Assembly: GCF_020745735.1 (NCBI RefSeq)
Contig: NC_083446.1
Coordinates: 24,034,068-24,098,067, forward strand
From: Hemiscyllium ocellatum
Lineage: Eukaryota
Direction of reading: 5' to 3'
DNA: 64,000 bases
Shown: positions 13,386-27,479 of the stretch, piece by piece
How the letters are laid out: each line of letters begins with the position of its first letter
Position numbering within the stretch: position 1 is the first letter of the stretch
Made by a program: the position numbers and the translations under genes
The notes under the pieces: generated by a model
The model's input: only the letters and a program-made list of their open reading frames with translations
What the model was told of the DNA's origin: nothing
Databases searched by the model: none

Positions 13386-13859
13386 ACTCTGACAGTTACA
13401 TCTTCACAGAATTCCAATAGATTTGGCAAGCATGATTTCCCCTCCATAAATCCATGCTGACTCTGTTTGATCTTGCCACGGCTTTCTCAATGCTTTTCTC
13501 AGTACTTGATAAAGGATTTGATAATTTTCCCCACTACTGATCTGACGTTTACTGGTCTATAATTGCCTGGTTTCTCTGTACCTCTCTTTCTGAGTGTTGG
13601 AGTGGCAGTAGCTGCCCTCCAATCTGCAAGGATTGTACCAAAATCTAAAGAATCCTGACAACCAAAGCATCCACTATTTCTATAACCATTTCCTTTAGTA
13701 CTCTGGGATGTGGATTTATCAGGTCCTGAGGATTTATCGGGTTCAATCCCCTCAATTTTCCAGCTCCATTTCTCTAGTAATATCGACCTCCCTCAGTTCT
13801 TCCCTCTCTCTCAATCTGGCATTCTCCAGGATTTCTGGAACTTCATTTGTATCTTCGAG

Positions 13860-14390
13860 TCAGAGAGTCATACAGCACAGAGAGAGGTCGTTTAGCCCAA
13901 ACTGGTCCATACTGACCAAATGCCCAACCATGCTAACCCCATTTCCCTGCATTTGGTCCACATCCTTCTAATCCTTTCCTATCAATGTATTTGTCAAAAT
14001 GCCTTTAAATGTTGTTAACGTACCCACCTCAACTATTTCTGCTGGCAGCTCATTGCATACACGTGCCAGCCTCTGTGTAATCAAATTGCCCCTCAGGTTC
14101 CCTTTTATACTTTTCCCCTCTAACCTTAAACTAATGCCATCTAATCCTTGATTCCCCAATCCTGGCAAAAAAGACTGGGTGCATGTCTCTCATAATTTTG
14201 TTCAGTTCTATAAGATCCCCTCTCAGTCTGCTAGACTGCCAAGAAAAGAAGTTCTAGCTTGTTCAGTCTCTTCTTATAACTCAGGTCATTGAGTCCTAAC
14301 AACTTCCTAATAAATTTCTTCTCCACTCTTTCCAGTTTAATAACATCTTTCCGTGAGCAAGGTGACCAAAACAGAACACAATGCTACAAC
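13860..14390 (-). mobile_element. CR1 3' end nested in the previous CR1
   Basis: Minus ORF 13968-14168 KGNLRGNLITQRLARVCNELP..VEVGTLTTFK, a typical CR1 ORF2 C-terminus, with its own tail at 13860. Confidence 0.75.
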
Positions 14391-15689
14391 TGCAGCCTCC
14401 CCCACCACCTGTACAACTGTCCTTTTTTGTGAAGACAGAACTAAAGTATGTATTCAGTTGCTTATCTGTTTCTTTGTCCTTTGTTATACATTTCCCCATT
14501 TCCATCTGTAGGGACCTACATTTGTCTTCACCAATCTCTTTCTCTTCACATACTGTAGAACTTTGTAGCATCAGTCTTCATGTTCCCTGCAAGCTTACTT
14601 TCTTTAGTGCTGTGTTTTCTCCATCTTAATCAATCCCTTGGTCCTTCTTTGCTGAATTCGAAACTGCTCTCAAACATCAGACCTTTTATTTTTCTTGGCC
14701 AATATCTATGCTTCTGCCTTCAATTGGATATTATCTACATTCCTTTATAAGCCATGGATTGACCCTGTTACCCATTTTGCTTTTGTACCAGACAGGAATA
14801 AATAGTTGTTGCAGTTCCCCCATGATTTCCTTGAATATTTGCCAATGCCTATCTACTGTCATACCTTTATGCAACTTCCATTAATCTATCAACGCTAACT
14901 CATGCTTTATATATCTTCATAGTTTCCTTTATTAAAATTCAGCACCCTAGTCTCCAAATCATCTGGCTCACTCTCCATCTTGATAAAAAAGTTGTATCAT
15001 GTCATGGTCACTCATCCCCAAGGAGTCTCACGAAGCTAGATTGACAATGCTTCCCTTCTCATTACACTGTATACAGTCTAAGATGACCTGCTCTCTAGTT
15101 GGTTCATCCACATGTTGGTTCAGAAAACCATCCCATATGTATGCCAGAAATTCCTCTTCGTAGACATTGTGGCTAATTTGATTTGTCCAATCTAGATGCA
15201 GATTAAAATCACCCATGATCACCGATTTCTTCATATCACATGCTTCGCTAATTTCCTGTTTACTGCTATTCCAACATGACCACTGCAGTCTGGGGGACTG
15301 TGTATGACACCCACTAATATTTTTGTCCCTTGGTATTTCACAGCTCCACCCATACAGACTCCACATTGTCGAAGCTAATGTCCTAAAAAGAGATGAACAG
15401 AAATACGTGACCAGGAATTGAGATATTTTTGCTCAAATATTGATCTTAGTTTGATGCTAACTAGCCTTGTCGACTTTCAATGAGTTGCTTCATAAAATCT
15501 GGGAACGCCAGCAGAAGGTGATGAGCTAGAACAGTGGTGAAATTGCTTTCTCAATAGATGAACATCAGATATATTTTGTTGAGATTTTCACAATAGATGC
15601 AATGACAGTGCCTCTCCAGCAGTTGGAAGTAAGGTCTGATAGTAGATCCTTCAATCAACAACTTCACTCAAAAAAAGTTAAGGCACAAA

Positions 15690-16400
15690 AAGATTGACTG
15701 AGGCGATTGAGTTTAACATCATTTATTGAAAAAAATGGTGGAGTCTTTAAAAAAACGATATTACAGCAGAACACTGAGAATGGCTTTACAAAATGGAAAT
15801 CTTGCCTGATAAATGTTTTGGAATTCTTTGAGAAAATGGAGGAAACCGTGATTGTAATATGTTTTGTTTTTCTGAAGTTGCTTGATTGCACCGATGCATA
15901 AGATGACTGAATAAGAAAGGAGCCTTGGCTTTGGATGTATTTTATTAACATGAGGAAAGGATCCCAATCAGAAAAGTTTGATTAAGAGTTTTATTTTACA
16001 GGATGTCAATCTGTGGAGTACCACATAAATCTGTTCTGGGGACACAAAAATTTACAAAATATTTTGATGACTTTGATGAGGAAAGTGAATAAATTGTAGG
16101 CAAGTTTGCGAATGACACAAAAATTGGAGAGGAGGCAAGTGATGAGTATGACACAAAAAGATGTTTTCGGAGGGATACAAATAGGACACGAGAATGAACA
16201 AGGAGCTTTGCATAATAATGTAATGTGTATGAAATAAATGAGAGCACACATTAACCGTGAAATTATGCATTTAAAGAGGCTGAGTATTTTTGATATAGAG
16301 ATTGAATTCAGAAATCTACAGGGAGACTGCATGTCCGAACCACAAAAAGTTATCTTTTAATTTCAACTGTCATGAGGATGGCAAATGTCATGTTGGGGTT
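15690..16400 (+). mobile_element. Highly degenerate CR1 RT fragment
   Basis: QQNTENGFTKWKSCLINVLEFFEK, followed by an AGCAAGTTTGCGAATGACACAAAA-like (KFADDTK) segment. Confidence 0.6.
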
Positions 16401-16429
16401 TGTTTAAAAACTAATGGAATATTGAGATT

Positions 16430-18060
16430 AGGAACAGTCAGATAGAGCAGCGAATGTGTGGCTGAGGAGCTACTGCAGGAGTTAGGATTCCCATTTTTCA
16501 ATCATTGGGACCTGTATAAGAGGGACCTGAATTGGAAGGGGACCACGATTCTTGTGGGGAAATTTGCTAGCAGTGTGCTGAAAGTTTCAAACTAGTAAGG
16601 GGGATTGTGGGAACAAATAAGATAGCCAGAAAAGAGAATTTTTTGAGGTGAGATGAGGTCAGCAATTCTAAGAGTCAAGGCAGACAACAGTTTGGCAAGA
16701 GCGAAGTAAGACTGCGAAACTGCATTTACTTCGATGCAAGAGGCCTGACATGTGAGACAGATGAACATGGGGCATAGATGGGAATGTGGGACAAGGATAT
16801 CATTACCCTTATAGAAATGTGGCTCAGTGATGAACAGGACTGGCAGCTTAATGTTCCAGGATATAGATACGATAGAATGTATGGGCAAGGGAGCAAGAAA
16901 GGAGGAGGAGTGCTGTTTTTGGTTAGTCAGAACATGATGGCTGGATGTAGAGAGGATATTCCTTGGGGATTGCCCAGTGAAGTTATATGGATGAAACTTA
17001 AATATAAGAAAGAGGTGATCACCTTTTAACTTTTAACTTTACAAACAGAGTTTGGGATAGTGTTAAGATCTTGGAATGGGGAAAAATCGGTTAAGTGTGT
17101 ACAAGAAAACTTTGTTATTTAATCAGTGTATGCACCTACTAGAGAGTGCGCAATACTTGACCTTCTGTTGGGAACCAAGACTGAGGTGTCAATAGGGGCA
17201 GGTTTCAGGGAAAGTGATCGTAATTCTATTTGTTTAATAATAATGATGAGAAAGGATAGAATTTATTTAAAAAATGAATGTTCCATATTGGAGTGTGGCC
17301 AGTTTTGATGATATTAGACTTTGAGAAGTTGGTTAGGGGAGGTTATTCACAGGTAAAGGGGCTGTTGACAAGTGAGAGACCTTTAAGAATGAGACAATGA
17401 GAGTTCAGTATTTGTGTGAAGGGCAAGGCATGGGAATAGCTCGATGACAAGGAAAATTGATCTCCTGTCCAGAAAACGAACGGGACATACATCAGATACA
17501 GACAGTTGGGATCAAGTGAATATTGAGAAGGGTATAAGGGCAGAAGGATTATACTTAAACAGGAAATCATGAGGGCACAAGGGGGACTTGAAATTGCATT
17601 GGCAAATAGAATTAAGAAGAATCTAAAAAGATTCTAAAATTATGTTAAGGTTAAAAGAATAACTAAGGAGAGAATTCAGCCCCTTAAAAGTCAACATGGT
17701 TTTCTATGTGTGGAAACACAGGAGATGGCTGAAAAACTAAGGAAATATTTTGCATCAATATTTACAGTAGATAGGAGCATGGAAGCTAAGGAGTTTAGGA
17801 AATAAATAATGAGATCTTAAAAAGAGTTAATCTTACAGAAGAGGAGATGTTGGAGATCTTAAAGCAGAAGAATGGAAATAAATCCAGGAGACCTGATGAG
17901 GTATTTCCCAGAACTTTGTGGGAAGTTAGGGAAGAGATTCCTGGACCCCTTGCTGAGATATTTGCATCGTTGATAATCATAGATGAGATGCCAGAAGACT
18001 GGAGAGTGAATAATGTGAAGAATTATTGAAGAAAGTTGTATGGAAAAGCCAGGCAACCAT
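16430..18060 (+). mobile_element. CR1 fragment (ORF1 end, endonuclease, tether)
   Basis: DIITLIEMWL..QDWQLNVPGYR..GGGVLFLV; KSRRPDEVFPRTLWEVREEIPGPL..DWR. Confidence 0.8.
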
Positions 18061-18214
18061 AAACTGGTGAGCCTTTCACACCAGAGATGCTGCCAGGCCT
18101 TCTGAGCATTTCCAGCAATTTCTGTTTTTGTTTCTGATACACAACATCCACAGTTCTTTCAGTTTTTATTTAGCAGTCAGAGAGCATTACATTTTGGACT
18201 GGAGGCCTATTAGA

Positions 18215-19545
18215 ACATAACAACATTCGAACATAAAAAAATACGATCAGGAGTAGGCCATCTGACCCCATGAGTCTGCTCTGCCTTTCAATAACATCAT
18301 GGGTCATATTTCAATGGACTGAGGCTCAACTTACCCACCCGCTCATTATAACCATTCATTGCTTTACTGTTCAAAAATCTATCTTCACCTTTAAAACAAT
18401 CAACAGGTTAGCCTCAGCTGCTTCACTAGGCAGGGAATTCCACAGATTCACAACCCTTTGGGTGAAGACGTTCATCCCCAACTCAGTCTTAAATCTGCTG
18501 CCCTTATTTTGAGGCAATGCCCTTTAGTTCTAATTTCAGCCACCAGTGGAAACAGCCTCCCTGCTTCTGTCTCATTTATCCCATTTATAATTTTACAATC
18601 CCACTCCCCCATCCTTCGAAATTCCAATGAGTATAATCCCAGTCTGCTCAATCTCTCCTCATAACCCAACCGCCTCATTTCCAGAATCAACATGTTGAAC
18701 CTCCTCAGCAAACCTCACCCCAGTGCCATCTCATGTAAGGAAATGAAAAGTGTACAGAGTACTCCAGACGTGGCCACACCGGCGCCCTAAACAGCTGCAG
18801 GAGAAAGTCCTCATATTAAAATCTATCCACTGGCAATGAAGGACATTATTCCATTTGTCTTCCTAATTACCTACTGTACTTGCAAACCATACTTTTGTGT
18901 TTCACGAACAAGAACACCCAGGTCCCCCTGCACAGCAGCATTCTGTAACTTTTCACCATTTTAAAGTAGTCCACTTTGTTATTATTCCTACCAAAATGGA
19001 TGGCCTCATATTTACTAACATTGTACTCCATCTGCCAGACCCTCACCCACTCCCTTAACCTGTCTATATCCTTCTGCACACTTTGCTCTATCACTCATTT
19101 AAGTGTCTTCTGCGAACTACAACACTTTACACTTGGGCCTCCAAATCAAAACAACCTATCTGAATTGTAAACAATTGCAGTCCCAACGCTCATCCCTGAG
19201 ACACATCACTAGCCACTGATTGCCAACGATAAAAAAACACCCATTTATCCACAATTTTTGCATTCTGTTAGTTAACCAATTTTCTGTCCATGCTACTGCA
19301 TTGCCCGTAACATTGTGCATTTTTATCTTATGCAGCAGCCTTTTGTGGAGTACCTTGCTCAATGCCTTTTGGAAATCCAGATACACCACGTTCACCAGTT
19401 CCCCATTGTCTACCACACTCATTATGACATCAAATAATTCCAATAAATCAGTAAGACATGACCTGCCTTTCATGAACCTATGCTTTATTAAATAAATGTG
19501 ATGTGTTATATTTTTGTAAGGCAAACCAGGGCAGAACTTATCCAA
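18215..19545 (-). mobile_element. CR1 3' half
   Basis: Minus ORFs HRFMKGRSCLTDLLELFD..VYLDFQKALSKV.HKRLL, DIDRLREW..WQMEYNVSK, YEERLSRLGLYSLEFRR; tail at 18215-18260. Confidence 0.85.
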
Positions 19546-20830
19546 TTAATGTCTGGGCCCTGGGCAGTGTTGCTGAGTAAAGAAACCAAAGGGTGCAGAT
19601 GCATCATTCCTTGAAAGTTGAGTTGTAGGTATACAGTGTGGGGAAGGTGGCGTTTGTTACGCTTTCCTTCATTGGTCATAACATTAAGTGGACGAGTCGA
19701 GATGTCACGTCTCAGCTGTACAGAACATTTGTGAGGCCACGTTTAGACAAATCTGGCTGACCATTTCTATGAAGGATTTTTTGAAACTTGAGAGGGTGTA
19801 GAAAAGATTTCCAAGAATGATGCTGGAACTGGAGTGTTTAAGGTGTAAGGTGAGGCTGAATAGGCCGAGGCTTTTCTTTTCCCTGCAGCAAGAGGAAAGG
19901 AGGCTGAGGAGTGTCCCGAACCAGACCTATCAAATCATGCGGGGCATTGATATGGTGACTAGTCAAGGCCTTTTTCCTCGAGTGGGAGAGTCCAAAACTA
20001 GAAGACAGCAGATTAAGATGAGAGGAGAAACGTTTGAAAAGAACTTGAGGGGTAACCTTTTCACATGTGTGACTGGAAAAAGCTGCCAGTGGTAGTGGTG
20101 GAGGTGGGTTCAATTACTGCATTTAAAATGCACCTGGATGGGTGTATGAACAGGTAACATTTAGAGAAAGATAGGCAAATGGAACGCTGTCAGATTGGGA
20201 TGTCTGTTCCGTGCAGTTGGACCGAAGGGTCTGTTTCTGTGCTGGATATTTGTATGACTATAATGTTTGTTATAACTGAAAAAATAAACTCTATTCTTAC
20301 CACAGCTGGAATACTGTGAATTGTTCTTTGGACTCATATCGAAGAAAAGGTACACTGGAATGTGAGACAATCCACATGATGTTTAGCCGACTGATCCTGA
20401 GGTTGGAGGGACTGTCTTGAGAGTAGAGATTGAGTCGTTTGGGCCGATACTCAATGGAACATAGAAGATCCAGTAGTGACATTCTGAAACATCTATTATT
20501 TTCAGGAAACTTGATGGTGTAAATGCAGAAATGTTGTTTCCCCTTGTGGGAGAGTTTCGGACCAGGGAGTAGAATCTCTGAATTAGAGGTCACAAAATTC
20601 AGGCTGAACAGAATTTTGTCTCCAAGAATGTAGTGAATCTGTAGAATTTGTTTCCACAGAAGACTGTCGAGGCTGGGTCAGTCAGTATTTTGAAGGCTGA
20701 AATGGACTGGTTTTGATTTCGTAATTGAATCAATGCTGAGAGTTAAATGCTGAAAAGTGGTGGTGAGGATTATCAGTTCAGCCATGATGTCATTGTTTGG
20801 AAGACCAAACTCCATTGGCTGAACAGGATT
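19545..20830 (+). mobile_element. Two tandem CR1 3'-end fragments
   Basis: ORF 19817-20095 RLNRPRLFFSL..RRLR..MRGID..LFPRVGESKTR; a second similar C-terminus at 20340-20830. Confidence 0.7.
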
Positions 20831-21649
20831 GCTCTGGTTTCCTCTCATTGACCTTTGCTCTAAGTTACTCTTTTCAGAATTATATAGGCCTCAGTTAAAT
20901 TAACCTCCATTTCATGTTTGAAGCCCAGCTGCTTCAATCCCTCCTTATCATGAAAAAAGAAAGGGAACATCTTTCTCCCTGTTTGATGGCATTGCATTCT
21001 GCCTCGAATGCAGTCACTGCATTTATAGTCATAGAGTCCTCCAGTTCTGTTGAATATTTGTCAAACACAACAATGACTATCACCGAAAAGGTTAAAGACA
21101 GATCAAAACTAATTTTAAACTACCTTATCAAACTCACTGTCGGCATGTATTGCATGGAATACACACACATTGCATATTAAAGCTCTCTCAGCACTCATCC
21201 ATTAAATACTGCAAGGGTTGTTCAGAGATGATTTGCGAATGTGTGTGTGTATGTCTGTGCCTGTAGATGATAATCTACTTGTATAACAAAGTTTCGATGC
21301 ATAGTGTTGTTCCCTTTTTATTCTGGTATCAAGCATTTCAAAATCAGAACGACAGTGGGTAGGAGTTCAAGCCCGTTTACACGGCTACATCAAATGTTTT
21401 CTGTGATTGTACAGCTCATGTAATGTGCTGGGTAAATCTCCCTCTATATTGTACTGTCCAATGCAATCATGTCAAATATATTTTGATTTAGACACAGAGT
21501 AGAGCTGCATCCTGCATTCCTGAAAAAAAAACCCTCCCAGAATAGGTACAACACAAAGTTAATACAGAATAAATCACCCACTACAATATTAAACATTCCA
21601 TGAGATGTGCAGTAAAAGTTAATTATAGACTAAACTATAATGGCATGGT

Positions 21650-21942
21650 GGGCAGCACGGTGGAACAGTGGTTAGCACAGCTGCCTCACAGCGCCAGAGA
21701 CCCGGGTTCAATTCCCGACTCAGGCGACTGACTGTGTGGAGTTTGCACAATCTCCCCGTGTCTGCGTGGGTTTCCTCCGGGTACTCCGGTTTCCTCCCAC
21801 AGTCCAAAGATTTGCAGGTCAGGTGAATTGGCCATGCTAAATTGCCCGTAGTGCTAAAATAAGGGGTAAATGTAGGGGTATGGGTGGGTTGCGCTTCGGC
21901 GGGTCGGTGTGGACTTGTTGGGCTGAAGGGCAAGCTTTGCAC
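21650..21942 (+). mobile_element. HE1-like SINE
   Basis: GGGCAGCACGGTGG..GTGGTTAGC, GGGTTCAATTCCC and conserved core. Confidence 0.85.
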
Positions 21943-23625
21943 TGAACCATCAAACATTCTTCAGCCAAGAATAATACTGCTGAGATACAATGAAAACACT
22001 ATCACAGTAAAGTTTTGCAGCCTCATTCCGATCAAGCATTTCCAGATCACTCAATACTCAGACAGATTTTTGAGAAAATCTTGACTCAAATCTCTCTAAA
22101 GAAATGGATGAATTTGGCTGAGAGGATATGTTGGTGAGGTGTTGGCTTCATGTTATTAAGGAAAACATTGTCCGATTGTGGAGAGGCAAAACAAGGCATT
22201 AGATATAAAGGAAAATGGGGGGAAGGCAGGACAGGAAGAGAGAAAAAGAGAGACAGACATATTAGCTGTGCCAATGTATCTCTGAATTATAGATTTTTGC
22301 CTAAACATGACAACTGATACCTTTGTCATTCAACAATCATACAACTTATGTATTTAAAAAGTCCTAGCATCAATTAGTATTTGAATCCATTGAGTTATTT
22401 GCATGTTTTCCACAATTCGTGTGCTGTGCTTGTGGGGTAGTATAAATTAGGCTTTTTTGGTTTTGTAATCTATTCTGAGAATTCTATTTCTGTGTTTATT
22501 TACATAAATGCTTAATTCGCTTCAAGGAAGTGATGGTGACAGAAAAGCCAGATGAACAAAGTGATTTGTTGGTAAGATTCAAATCGAAACAAGTTTATTT
22601 TAAGAATGTTGACCATTTGTAGAAGTGAATACAAATTTATGAAAACGAATTGCAACAGCTTTTATTTAATTCTGGAAGATAAACACAATTTAAAACTTTT
22701 ATTTAGGTTAAAATTCAGTTCTGAAAATTCTGCAATTAAACTTCAGTGTTGAACTGGATCTACTCTGAATGTCCCACTGATTTATATTGTAGTCCGTTTA
22801 GACGGTGCAACATCACTCAAAGTGCATTTTAGAATATTCACGTGAAATACTTGAAACGACATCAGGAACTGCCGCAACAATTACATTTAATTGATATAGT
22901 TGTTGTGAGGTTTTGTTATACGTATTACTTAATGGTAAGGGTCAGCAATGAGTCCCTATCCCCAATTGCCCATTGCATAGCTTGCTAAAGCCACTTCAGA
23001 ACACAGTCAATTACTTCCCAGTGGGTTTGGAATCTCATGTCGGCCAGACCACGTAAAGGTGATAGATGCCTTGTCATTCGTGAACCAGCTGTTTTTGTAT
23101 TGATTCCATTGACTCGGGCTACATGGTCACCATTTGGCGTTCTTTCCGATTCCAGGACTTCTTTAAATACACATTTCACCCTGGGCAAACGATGGTATTC
23201 CAAACCCCGTCCATTCAGCACCAAACTGGAGTTCGGGAATACTGGTCTCTTGATATGACCACTGTGATCCTAGTGTTGGAAATGCACAGAAAGCAGTCAC
23301 AAACAGAAATGCAATAAATCAGACACGTTACATCACGAACAAATATTGGAGTACAATACTGGCAAGAATCTCTTGCTGTTCACAGCAACATCACAGGAGA
23401 CGTTGCATCCAATCATCAATCTTAAATGTGTACCGGACTCTGTCTGAAGAGCCTGACTCACCATAATTTGCATTTTTTGAATTCTTCATTCAATTATGAA
23501 AAAGTTAGTCACATATCCCAAGAAGGTGGTCATCAGCCCCCTTTTTGAAGGCCTGCCATCTTGCTCGGCTAATTATGGTTGATCTTTTTAAAGAAGCTTT
23601 ATTACAACTAATTGGCTTCTCAGTC

Positions 23626-23844
23626 GAGACTGTAGTGCTGGAAAAGTACAGCAGGTCAGGCAGTTTCCGAGGAGCAAGAGAATTGACGTTTCAGGCATAA
23701 AGACTTCATTAAGATACCTGATGAAGTGGTTATGCCTGGAACGTTGATTTTCCTGCTCCTCAGATGCTGCCTGACCTGCTGTGCGCTTCCAGAACTACAC
23801 TCTCAACTCTGATCTCCAGCACCAGCAGTCCTCACTTTCTCCTG
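23626..23844. mobile_element. Older palindromic PLE-terminus mini-element (head-to-head pair)
   Basis: Left arm is the reverse complement of the right arm around ATAC; CTGATGA at 23718-23724; candidate TSD ATTGGCTTCTCAGTC (23611-23625) / ATGGGTTTCTTAGTC (23845-23859), 12/15 identical. Confidence 0.7.
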
Positions 23845-24169
23845 ATGGGTTTCTTAGTCATGTTCGGCATAGGAAAGGACCATCACCATATTGTTGAACA
23901 GGTAGGGCAGGCCAGGTAGTAAGGTCAGACGTCCTCCTCTGAAGGACAATACTGAACCATGTAACATGCTTCAAACCTTAGGTAGGTCTGTCATTATCGT
24001 TCATTATTCCAACATTTGCATTTCATACGCTTTTATTAATTGAAGCTACCATGGTAGAAACTGATTCCGGAACTTTACTCCAAACCTTTCGATTGCTTAT
24101 TACATACTCATAATGCCTCCTCAACCACTTTCTCAAACTGTCATGTTAGCTTCAGTGATTTTTACTGAC

Positions 24170-24960
24170 CCATGGAACAAGGTGGTTGCTTTTACTTGTC
24201 GGTTGATGTCCTTCAGCAAATGGCAGTAAGCTACCTTTCTGAAATAACATGTTCCAAAATGGCCTGAGGATGGGAATTCCAGAGTTTGACCCAATTACAG
24301 TAAAGAATCGGTGAATATTTCCATGTCAGGATGCCGAGTGTTTTAGAGAGGAGCTTACAGTGGTGCTGTTCCCATGTATCTGCTGCTCCTGTCCTTCGAG
24401 ATGCAAGTGGTAGTGGGAAGGTACTGTCTCAGGAAGTGGCTAAATTACTGCAGTGTTGTATTTTAGATGGTGTATACGGCAGGTACTAAGAATCAGATTT
24501 AGAGGCAATGGACGCTTGTGGATGTGCTACTGATCAAGTGGGATTCTTTGTCCTGAACAATGCCAAGCTTCTTGAGTGCAGTCGAAGCTGCTCCAATCCA
24601 GTCAAGGGGCGAGCTGTGCTATTAGCCTCCTGACCTCTGTCTCTTAGACAGTCAATTGGCTTTGCGAGTCAGGAGGGTGAGTTACTCATTGTTGTATTCC
24701 GAGCCTCTGGCCTGCTCGTGCAACCATTGTATTTATGTGGAGTGTCCAGCTCAATTTCTAATGAACAATAAAACCCAGGGTGTCGATGGTGAGGGATTCA
24801 GTGATGGTAATACTATTGAATGTCAAGGGGTTTTGGTTAGATTGTCTCTTATTGTCAATGGTCATTGTCTCGCAGTTTTGTGGTGTGAATGCTATGTGCC
24901 ACTTGTCAGCTCAAGTCTGGATATTGTCCAGATTATGTTGCATTTGAATGTGGACTGAGG
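24170..24960 (-). mobile_element. LINE remnant (CR1/L2 group RT C-terminus + 3' UTR)
   Basis: Minus-strand translation QHNLDNIQT*ADKWHIAFTPQNCETMTI..PLTFNSITITES..ALKKLGIVQDK. Confidence 0.6.
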
Positions 24961-25974
24961 AGTGGACTGTGACTTCTTATCTCTCTGACAAATAATTTAC
25001 TCTAGCTGAAATAATCTTGTGTCCCTTCTGTTTCATTCTGGGAAATGAGAATGGAATTGAATACAATGTTGATGCCAACAGCAATCTGTCTGTTTGTCCT
25101 TGACACTGTCAGTGTATGTTCACCCTCAGAGGTAGGAAGACTGTGCTGACAATACTGAAAGTGGCGCCTGGTGTATCATTCTCCGCTGGCGTGCAAATTC
25201 CTGTTTCTATGTGCCAGCAGCAAGTCACACATCTCACTTCTGATCAGAAAATCTCATCAGGGGACGCAATCTGCCGGAAACATCTGCCAATGTGGCCTAG
25301 ATCAGGACACCGAGTGTGAAGTGAACACATTGAAGTGACATTTGCAAATCGACCTTTCGATCTCTTTTTCACGGTCTGATTCCAGGACATCATTAGACAA
25401 GTCTCTCAACTATCTAACAAACTCATTCGATTCACTAACGTTTGGAGCACGTCGACATGCACCTTTTCATGTCTTTGATCTTGTACTACTTGTTACTCTC
25501 TCTTCAGATTCAATGTTCCCAGTTTTTGATTCTGTCTTCTGTAGCCATCACCTTCCCAGCCGAATACATTCTGTTTGATCTGTTTCCTAAATTTTGATCA
25601 ACTAAACAAATAATACCGTTTTGTACAGACAGGTATGTTGATGTGTCCGATTAACAGAATCAATATATGGAGAGATCACCTTGGCTGTATCTCACTTTGA
25701 CCGACATTGAATTCATATAAACCACAGCACTGTACGGTTTCAAACTTTGCAAATCCTCTCTCTTTGAAAGAGCGTGTTCTAACAGTTAATTCTTTTCTTG
25801 ATTATTTCAGAAACTATGACTAAAAATCTCTATTTTTAACAAAGTTTCAAATATTATTAGAAGTTGCAGCACTGGCATTTCCTACAGTGAGCTTTGTGGT
25901 GTTTAAATGTTCTGGTCAAAATTTGCTTCAAGCAGAGGACTGAAACATTGGTTTCTCCGAGTTTCCCGCCATTG

Positions 25975-27150
25975 CCCTTGCAGTTCCATAATAACTGCAA
26001 ACTATTGATAAGCCCCAGAATGAACAGAATGTCCAGGCCCTGTCCAAACGCCATGATGTAGGCCTCGAAGCCCTCCGTTTCTTCCTGTCACGCCAACCCA
26101 AGCAGTACATGCTCAACATCAACTACATTTCCTTTCAATCCTCCCAATTCCTATTAACCAAAGGGGTAGCTATGGACACCTGTATGGACCCCAGCTATGC
26201 CTGCCTCTTCGTCAGATATGTGGAACAGTCATTCTTCCACAGCTACACCGGTATCATTGCCCACCTCTACCACCGCTACATTGATGACTGCATAAACGTC
26301 ACCTCATGCTACCACTAGGAGGTTGATCAGTTCATCAACTTTACTAAAACCTTCCACCCTGACCTAAACTTCACAGGAACCATCTCGGGCACCTCCCTCC
26401 CTTTCCTAGACCTCTCCACCTCTATCTCCAGTGACCGACTAAACATTTACTTCAAGCCCACTGAATCCCACAGCTACCTGGACTACAATCCTCCCACACG
26501 ACCTCCTGTAAAAATGCCATCCTTTATTGTCACTTCCTCTTCTTCCACCGCACCTGCTCCCAGGAGGACCAGTTCCACCATAAAACATCCCAGATAACCT
26601 CCTTTTTCAAAGACTGCAGTTTCCCCTCCCACGTGGTCGACGATGCCCTTGAACCCCATTCCTCCAATCGCAACAGGGAGCCCTCCTGGTCCTCAACTTA
26701 CAACGCACCAACCTCGCATACATCATATCATCCTCCGCTGCTTCCACCACCTGTAAACAGACCCCATCACTCGGGGTATATTTCCCTCACTACCCCTAGC
26801 TGCAATCCGGAGACACCATTCCCTCCGTGACTCCCTCGTCAGGTCCATACACCTCACTCCCCACCCTGTCACCTTCCATTGCAAAATGGAAGTGCAAAAC
26901 CTGCGCCCACACATCCCCCCTCACCTCCGACAAGGCCCTAAATGATCCTTCCACATCCCAGAGAAATTTATCTATACTTCCACAAATGTCCACAAGTGTC
27001 TGTTCCACCTGATGTGGTCTCCTCTACATCAGGGAGACAGGACACTAACTTGCGGATCATTTCAGCGAACATCTCTGGGACACCCATGCCAAGCAACCCC
27101 ATGGCCCCGTGGCTGAACACTTTAACTCCCTCTCCCACTCCACCAAGAAC
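25975..27150 (+). mobile_element. Penelope-like element fragment (RT + GIY-YIG)
   Basis: TKGVAMDTCMDPSYACLFVRYVEQ..HRYIDDC (ORF 26109-26318), FHPDLNFT, and CKTCAH-type Zn knuckle; homologous to 54074-54682 and 56733-57179. Confidence 0.85.
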
Positions 27151-27479
27151 AGGCTGGTCATATTCCTGTTCAATTCCAATGAATAAATATAAAATAACCG
27201 AGCCTGATTTATTTTGATCTAAGCACGAACAGATTATTTTGACATAACAGGTGGAGAGATTCACTTCCTGAAAAAGCAGCTCAAGTGATATAAGCTGGCA
27301 CCAAACCGAGTTTGGTCAATACTGAGGCAAAAATGCAGCACACAGTCTTGAGTAAAATAAATTTAAAAACTATCTTAACCCCGGAACCTTGCTAGGTCCT
27401 TGTTAAATTCTAATCCATCGCCTTCCAGGTTCACAGGGGTTGCAAGTTTCATGTTACAGCAAATTGTGAAGTTGTGCAC

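Larger units (their letters stand above)
12152..15390 (-). mobile_element. CR1-type LINE (3' tail, RT, endonuclease), interrupted by two insertions
   Basis: Minus ORFs ISRLADDTKLVGRVNC, LYRALVRPHLKHC, VYLGFQKMFDNVP, and VIMGDFNLHLDW (APE domain); CR1 tail at 12152-12210. Confidence 0.85.
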
